From positions 1,230,001-1,262,000 of the forward strand of contig NZ_CP089976.1 in assembly GCF_022701215.1 (NCBI RefSeq): 32,000 nucleotides of DNA. The letters are read 5' to 3'. Origin of the DNA: Moraxella nasovis (GTDB lineage: Bacteria > Pseudomonadota > Gammaproteobacteria > Pseudomonadales > Moraxellaceae). This document shows, one piece after another, positions 26,852-32,000 of the stretch; the stretch's first letter is position 1; each line of letters starts with the position of its first letter. The notes beneath the pieces are model-generated. The model did no database searches. It worked only from the letters and a program-made list of their open reading frames with translations, and was not told the origin of the DNA. The position numbers and the translations under genes were made by a program.

Positions 26852-27368
26852 GACAAATGCCTTTTAATTCAATCATAGCGTGATTGACAACAAAAGATGC
26901 GTCATTAGTAGCAAAATTCATAATGCCTGATACAGGTAGATTACTGCATTCTTCAACGCTGTGGCATTCTTGACAGATTAAGAATGCAGCTGCATGCTGT
27001 GATCGTGGGTGACAGCATGGCACATAAGCACTGATAGAGCTAAGCTGATGAATTAGCCCTTCTTCTAATAAAAAATCCAGTGATCGATAAATGGTAGGCG
27101 GTGCAATGCGTTTACTATCGGGATTTTCTTGGCGTCTTTTTTCTTGCAAAGCATCAATCAGCTCGTATGCTCCGATGGGTTTTTCTGCTTGCAGTATTAG
27201 CTCATAAACCTCTTCACGAAGTGGTGTAAACCTCACCCCACGGTTTTGGCAGACGAGCTTTGCTTCTAAAAGCCGTTCAGCAACGTTGTGCGTATGGACG
27301 TTATGATGGTGGCTATGAAAGCAGGCTTGTTCGTGGTTTTGCATAGTTGTTTTGCTTGTTTGAAACAT
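26838..27368 (-). CDS. zur: Zinc uptake regulator (Fur family)
   Basis: Fur-family winged-helix region (R.TP.R..V...L....PI.AYEL.D.L) with CxxC pairs (CHP...CQEC and a C-terminal CRDC). It is the first gene of zur-znuCB and overlaps znuC by 14 nt. Confidence 0.85.
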   Translation of the reverse strand: MFQTSKTTMQNHEQACFHSHHHNVHTHNVAERLLEAKLVCQNRGVRFTPLREEVYELILQAEKPIGAYELIDALQEKRRQENPDSKRIAPPTIYRSLDFLLEEGLIHQLSSISAYVPCCHPRSQHAAAFLICQECHSVEECSNLPVSGIMNFATNDASFVVNHAMIELKGICRDCQ

Positions 27369-27393
27369 CGTCAGGTTATATTAATGGTGGTAC

Positions 27394-27423
27394 ATTATAG
27401 CCTAAAATGATGATCTATGTCAG
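27394..27423 (-). promoter_or_regulatory. Candidate sigma70 promoter for zur-znuCB (CTGACA-N18-TATAAT)
   Basis: On the minus strand, CTGACA lies at 27423-27418 and TATAAT at 27399-27394, about 25 nt upstream of the zur ATG. Confidence 0.45.
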
Positions 27424-27438
27424 CTAAATTGATTACTC

Positions 27439-27474
27439 TGATACAGTATAACAATTTAACAAATTGTGTTATGA
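27439..27474. promoter_or_regulatory. Candidate Zur operator(s) in the zur/znuA divergent region
   Basis: tgatacagTATAACA at 27439-27453 and TGTTATgatag at 27467-27477 carry the TGTTAT/ATAACA half-sites typical of Zur boxes. taacaattt / aaattgtgtta forms an imperfect inverted repeat. Confidence 0.4.
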
Positions 27475-27514
27475 TAGTGCCGTTTTATTTTTTAGTGGTA
27501 GGAGTATTATAGGT

Positions 27515-28372
27515 ATGGCACATTCTAAAACCATTACCCAAGCGATTAAATATATCAGCTGTGCGGCAGTTTTATTGACTTGCAGTATGGCACAAGCTGG
27601 CATGGTAAGTGTCAGCAACTACCCTTTATCGCTTTTGTCTAATGAAGTGACCAAAGGCGACACATCTGCTAATGTACTACTAAGTGCAGGTGACGTAGGT
27701 CATCATGGTGAGCTAAGCCCAAGCGGAATAAAGGCAATTCAAGATAGTGCTTATGTGGTTTGGTTTGGTGAATCACTTGAGCAGAATTTAGCAAATTCAT
27801 TAAATAAAGCACCTAATGCCATCAGTTTACTAAAATTTAATGCCTTTAATCGTTACCCGATTAGAAATACTGATGGTACAAATAAGCCTAATACCGAAGA
27901 CGTTCATATTTGGCTTGATCCAAATAACGCTAAGGCGATTGTACGGGCGTTAGCGGTGATTCATGGGCATGCCAACCCAGACAAGCAAGCACTATATGCG
28001 AAAAATGCACAAAATTTTGCCAAGCGAATGGATGCAGCTGTTGCTAGGGTGAGCCAGTCACCAAGCCAATCATATTGGGCATATCATGACTCTTATCAGT
28101 ATCTTGAAAAGGTGGCGAATTTAAAATTTGCAGGTGCATTAACCCCTGACCATCATCTATCGCCTAAGGCAAGCCAAATTAAGCTACTAAAGCAAACTCG
28201 CCCTAAGTCTCATATGTGTATCGTCTCTCAAAGTGCGGTATCTCAAGGCATCCAAAATAAAATCGGCAATGTTAACGTCATCGTTCGCCAAGAAGACATG
28301 AGCGATGGCAAGGACTTTATTTCAGCATGGACGGATTTGGTAACATCAATCCAAAATTGTGCTAAGTCATAG
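27515..28372 (+). CDS. znuA: Zinc ABC transporter substrate-binding protein
   Basis: Cluster A-I SBP metal ligands in context (GHHGELSPSG, DVHIWLDP, YHDSYQYL). Signal peptide ending AQA. The GGTAGGAG RBS favours the ATG at 27515. Confidence 0.85.
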   Translation: MAHSKTITQAIKYISCAAVLLTCSMAQAGMVSVSNYPLSLLSNEVTKGDTSANVLLSAGDVGHHGELSPSGIKAIQDSAYVVWFGESLEQNLANSLNKAPNAISLLKFNAFNRYPIRNTDGTNKPNTEDVHIWLDPNNAKAIVRALAVIHGHANPDKQALYAKNAQNFAKRMDAAVARVSQSPSQSYWAYHDSYQYLEKVANLKFAGALTPDHHLSPKASQIKLLKQTRPKSHMCIVSQSAVSQGIQNKIGNVNVIVRQEDMSDGKDFISAWTDLVTSIQNCAKS

Positions 28373-28405
28373 TGTCACAAGCTTAGCTTATAAAAGCATG
28401 CTAGG

Positions 28406-28434
28406 CTTGTCAAATTTATACAGTTTGAGTATAA
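28406..28434 (+). promoter_or_regulatory. Sigma70 promoter of the atp operon (TTGTCA-N17-TATAAT)
   Basis: TTGTCA at 28406-28411, exactly a 17-nt spacer, and TATAAT at 28429-28434. It lies ~100 nt upstream of atpI. Confidence 0.55.
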
Positions 28435-28531
28435 TGCCAAAAATTTGCAAGCCATTTTCAAGTCGGTGAGCGTCATGGTTTTGGTGTGTGATAAATAGAC
28501 TTGGCTTTGGTACTTTTGATTGACAGCTTAG

Positions 28532-28945
28532 ATGAGTGCTATTGTGAAGCCAGCCAAACGCCACCAAAGGGATGAAGTGTTCGCCATACAGCGACAGCTA
28601 AGCTTGGCATTACTGATATTAATCGTGCTTACTGCAGCGGTGGAATTTGGCATATTCCAGAGTCAAGCTTTGGTATACACTAAAAGCTTGACTGCAGGTC
28701 TTGTGCTTTCGTATCTTGCACATTGGGCATTTGCGATATTTGCCTATCGCCAAACACGCATTGCTGCTGCGAAAGCCATTATGCTAAACGTTTATCTTGG
28801 TCAGATGATAAAGTGGCTATTAACGCTACTTGGGTTTGCACTCATTTTTATGCTGGTTAGACCCATTATGGCGAGTGCTGTTATCATCGGTTATCTGCTG
28901 ATGCAGCTTATCACTGCATTAATGCTTAGCCGCTTGACATCCTAA
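28532..28945 (+). CDS. atpI: F0F1 ATP synthase protein I
   Basis: Small hydrophobic protein with 4 TM segments, in the first position of the atp operon. Confidence 0.75.
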   Translation: MSAIVKPAKRHQRDEVFAIQRQLSLALLILIVLTAAVEFGIFQSQALVYTKSLTAGLVLSYLAHWAFAIFAYRQTRIAAAKAIMLNVYLGQMIKWLLTLLGFALIFMLVRPIMASAVIIGYLLMQLITALMLSRLTS

Positions 28946-28948
28946 AGC

Positions 28949-28997
28949 AAATCATCATGAATGTATATTATTGCTTGGTGTGTATCCATGATGATTT
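28949..28997. repeat. Perfect 11-bp inverted repeat immediately after the atpI stop
   Basis: aaatcatcatg at 28949-28959 pairs with catgatgattt at 28987-28997, with a 27-nt spacer. No U-run follows. Confidence 0.9.
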
Positions 28998-29340
28998 ACA
29001 ATCGTAAGCGATGCAATATGCCATTTTCCAATGGCATTAGAAAAAATTCAGCAAGATAAGTGTATTTTTTCTTTACTTATCGTCCCAACTAAAGTAATAT
29101 ACACATGTATATGTAGCTTTGATTTGTTGTTTAATTATACAGTCACAGCTCATCAATTTGATTGACAATCATCAAACAGGCTTGTTTAGAGCCAACTAAT
29201 TTTCTGTAACATTCACTCGCCGTCATGTCGGCAGTTTTATTGCGTGACTGCTTTGGTGAAAAGTTGCAAGTATCTGCTGTTTGTAGTTGAACAGTAAGAT
29301 TGCAAAATTTATCACAGTTAAATTTACTACTAATGTTTGA

Positions 29341-30228
<888 letters not shown>

Positions 30229-30269
30229 TTTTGAACTATTTAATTTCAACCCTTCACATAGGTCATTAA

Positions 30270-30524
<255 letters not shown>

Positions 30525-30627
30525 GCTGAAGCTGTCAGTTTATGCCTATTTCCATGGTGCTACCGACAACAGTGTGGCACCCAGAAATCGGCTATCACCT
30601 GACTTTCACTATCAACGAGGTGATTAG

Positions 30628-31098
30628 ATGAACATTAATGCCACTATTATTGGTCAGATGATTGCGTTTGCGATTTTTGTGTTGTTTTGCATGAAATTCG
30701 TATGGCCACCACTGATCGGTGCTATCAATGAGCGTCAACGCAAAATTGAAGAAGGCTTAAATGCTGCTGAGCAAGCCAAAGCGGACCTAGCTTCTGCTGA
30801 AGCAAAAGTCGCTCAAGAGTTTGCTGCAGCAAAAGTAGAAGCAGCTTCAATCATTGATCGCGCGAACAAAACCGCCAATCAAATGATTGAAGAGGCGAAA
30901 GATCAAGCTCGCTTAGAAGGTGAGCGTATCATTGCCCAAGCACAGCTAACTATTGAGCAAGAAGCGGCACAATCTCGTGAGAAATTGCGTTCTGAAGTTG
31001 CTCATTTAGCAGTATTTGGTGCAGAAAAGATTTTGCAAAGCAAAGTCAATGAACAAGAACACGCCAGCATGCTTGAACAGTTGGCAGCTAAGCTGTAA
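30628..31098 (+). CDS. atpF: F0F1 ATP synthase subunit b
   Basis: A single N-terminal TM segment followed by a long charged Ala/Glu/Lys coiled coil. 156 aa. Confidence 0.9.
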   Translation: MNINATIIGQMIAFAIFVLFCMKFVWPPLIGAINERQRKIEEGLNAAEQAKADLASAEAKVAQEFAAAKVEAASIIDRANKTANQMIEEAKDQARLEGERIIAQAQLTIEQEAAQSREKLRSEVAHLAVFGAEKILQSKVNEQEHASMLEQLAAKL

Positions 31099-31110
31099 TT
31101 AGAGGATATC

Positions 31111-31659
31111 ATGGCTGAATTATCAACCTTGGCAAGACCTTATGCAAAAGCTGCGTTTGATTACGCCAAAGAACAAAATGTAATTAACCCTTGGGAAGAC
31201 TTTTTGTCGGTTGCAAGCAGCATTGTAAGCGATGAAGATTATGTTTCTTTGCTCAGCAATCCAGCCATCTCTGCCAAGCAAAAGGCGGCTGTTTTGATTG
31301 ATGTACATAATGCACAGGCAGCCACCCCAGCTTCTGAAGCGTTGGTTAATTTTACAATTCAGTTGTCAGAGCAAAACAGATTGGCTTTATTGCCTGAAGT
31401 TCTCACTCATTACAGCAAGCTGAAATCTAACGAGCTAAAACAGATTGATGCTTACGTTACTTCAGCCTACCCCTTGACATCTGAGCAACGCCAGACATTG
31501 CAAGAAAAACTTGCAATTTCAACAGGCTCTATCGTAATTCTGCATGAAGCAGTAGATCCAGACCTGCTTGGCGGTGCTACAGTTAAGGTAGGGGATAAGT
31601 TCACTGATGGCTCGGTGCGAGGCAAGTTAAAACAATTAAAGACACAACTGACTGCATAA
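31111..31659 (+). CDS. atpH: F0F1 ATP synthase subunit delta
   Basis: The [10 protein letters not shown]-terminus is typical of OSCP/delta. The gene sits between atpF and atpA. Confidence 0.9.
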   Translation: MAELSTLARPYAKAAFDYAKEQNVINPWEDFLSVASSIVSDEDYVSLLSNPAISAKQKAAVLIDVHNAQAATPASEALVNFTIQLSEQNRLALLPEVLTHYSKLKSNELKQIDAYVTSAYPLTSEQRQTLQEKLAISTGSIVILHEAVDPDLLGGATVKVGDKFTDGSVRGKLKQLKTQLTA

Positions 31660-31693
31660 GTTAGCAAGTTGTCATTTTAAAGGAAACAAGGCA

Positions 31694-32000
31694 ATGCAAC
31701 AATTGAATCCAGCCGAAATCAGTAATCTGATTAAGCAGCGTATTCAAGACCTTGATGTGAACGCAACGGCAAAAACTGAAGGCGTGATCGTCAGTGTCTC
31801 TGATGGTATTGTACAAATTCATGGTCTTGAAGAAGCCATGTATGGTGAAATGATCGAGTTTGAGGGCAATGTTTATGGCATGGCACTTAACCTTGAGCAA
31901 GACTCTGTTGGTGCGGTTGTACTAGGCGACTACCTAAGTTTGCAAGAAGGTCAAAAAGCTTACTGCACAGGTCGTATTTTGGAAGTGCCAGTAGGTCCTG
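31694..32000 (+). CDS. atpA: F0F1 ATP synthase subunit alpha, N-terminal ~102 aa (3' end lies outside the window)
   Basis: This ORF is not in the ORF track. My translation from the ATG at 31694 gives [18 protein letters not shown]...[16 protein letters not shown]...[12 protein letters not shown], closely matching the AtpA N-terminus. It is open to the window end. Confidence 0.9.
   Translation, partial: MQQLNPAEISNLIKQRIQDLDVNATAKTEGVIVSVSDGIVQIHGLEEAMYGEMIEFEGNVYGMALNLEQDSVGAVVLGDYLSLQEGQKAYCTGRILEVPVGP

Overview
This window looks like ordinary core chromosome from a gamma-proteobacterium. I infer the Moraxellaceae type (Moraxella/Psychrobacter/Acinetobacter-like) from synteny and protein motifs only, with no database search. 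I call 37 protein-coding genes. Reading left to right they are: a dcw fragment murE-(histidine phosphatase)-murF-mraY; an MFS Bcr/CflA-type exporter; rlmH; yraN-dolP-like BON lipoprotein; ibaG-murA-hisG-hisD-hisC; class I fumarate hydratase; an alanine-rich acidic lipoprotein; trxA-rho; an RluA-family pseudouridine synthase; cupin, DUF442-like protein, lipoprotein and bolA on the minus strand; a Cys-rich Oxidored-like miniprotein coupled to a YhiN/HI0933-type flavoprotein; an orphan ftsW; dksA-gluQ; zur-znuC-znuB-(metallophosphoesterase) divergent from znuA; and atpI-atpB-atpE-atpF-atpH-atpA (3' end cut by the window). I found no rRNA, tRNA, CRISPR array, IS or transposase, integrase, phage gene, toxin-antitoxin pair or recognisable defence gene. 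I do not see a convincing novel multi-gene system. The items most worth a second look are modest. (1) A PGAM-like phosphatase plus an intrinsic terminator splits murE from murF. (2) An H.8-like Ala-rich lipoprotein carries a perfect 21-bp in-frame tandem duplication. (3) A stand-alone Cys4 Oxidored-like miniprotein is translationally coupled to a YhiN flavoprotein and sits divergent from bolA. (4) A metallophosphoesterase is joined to znuB by an ATGA overlap. (5) A 416-bp non-coding spacer lies between atpI and atpB. All calls come from reading the supplied translations and the DNA by eye.
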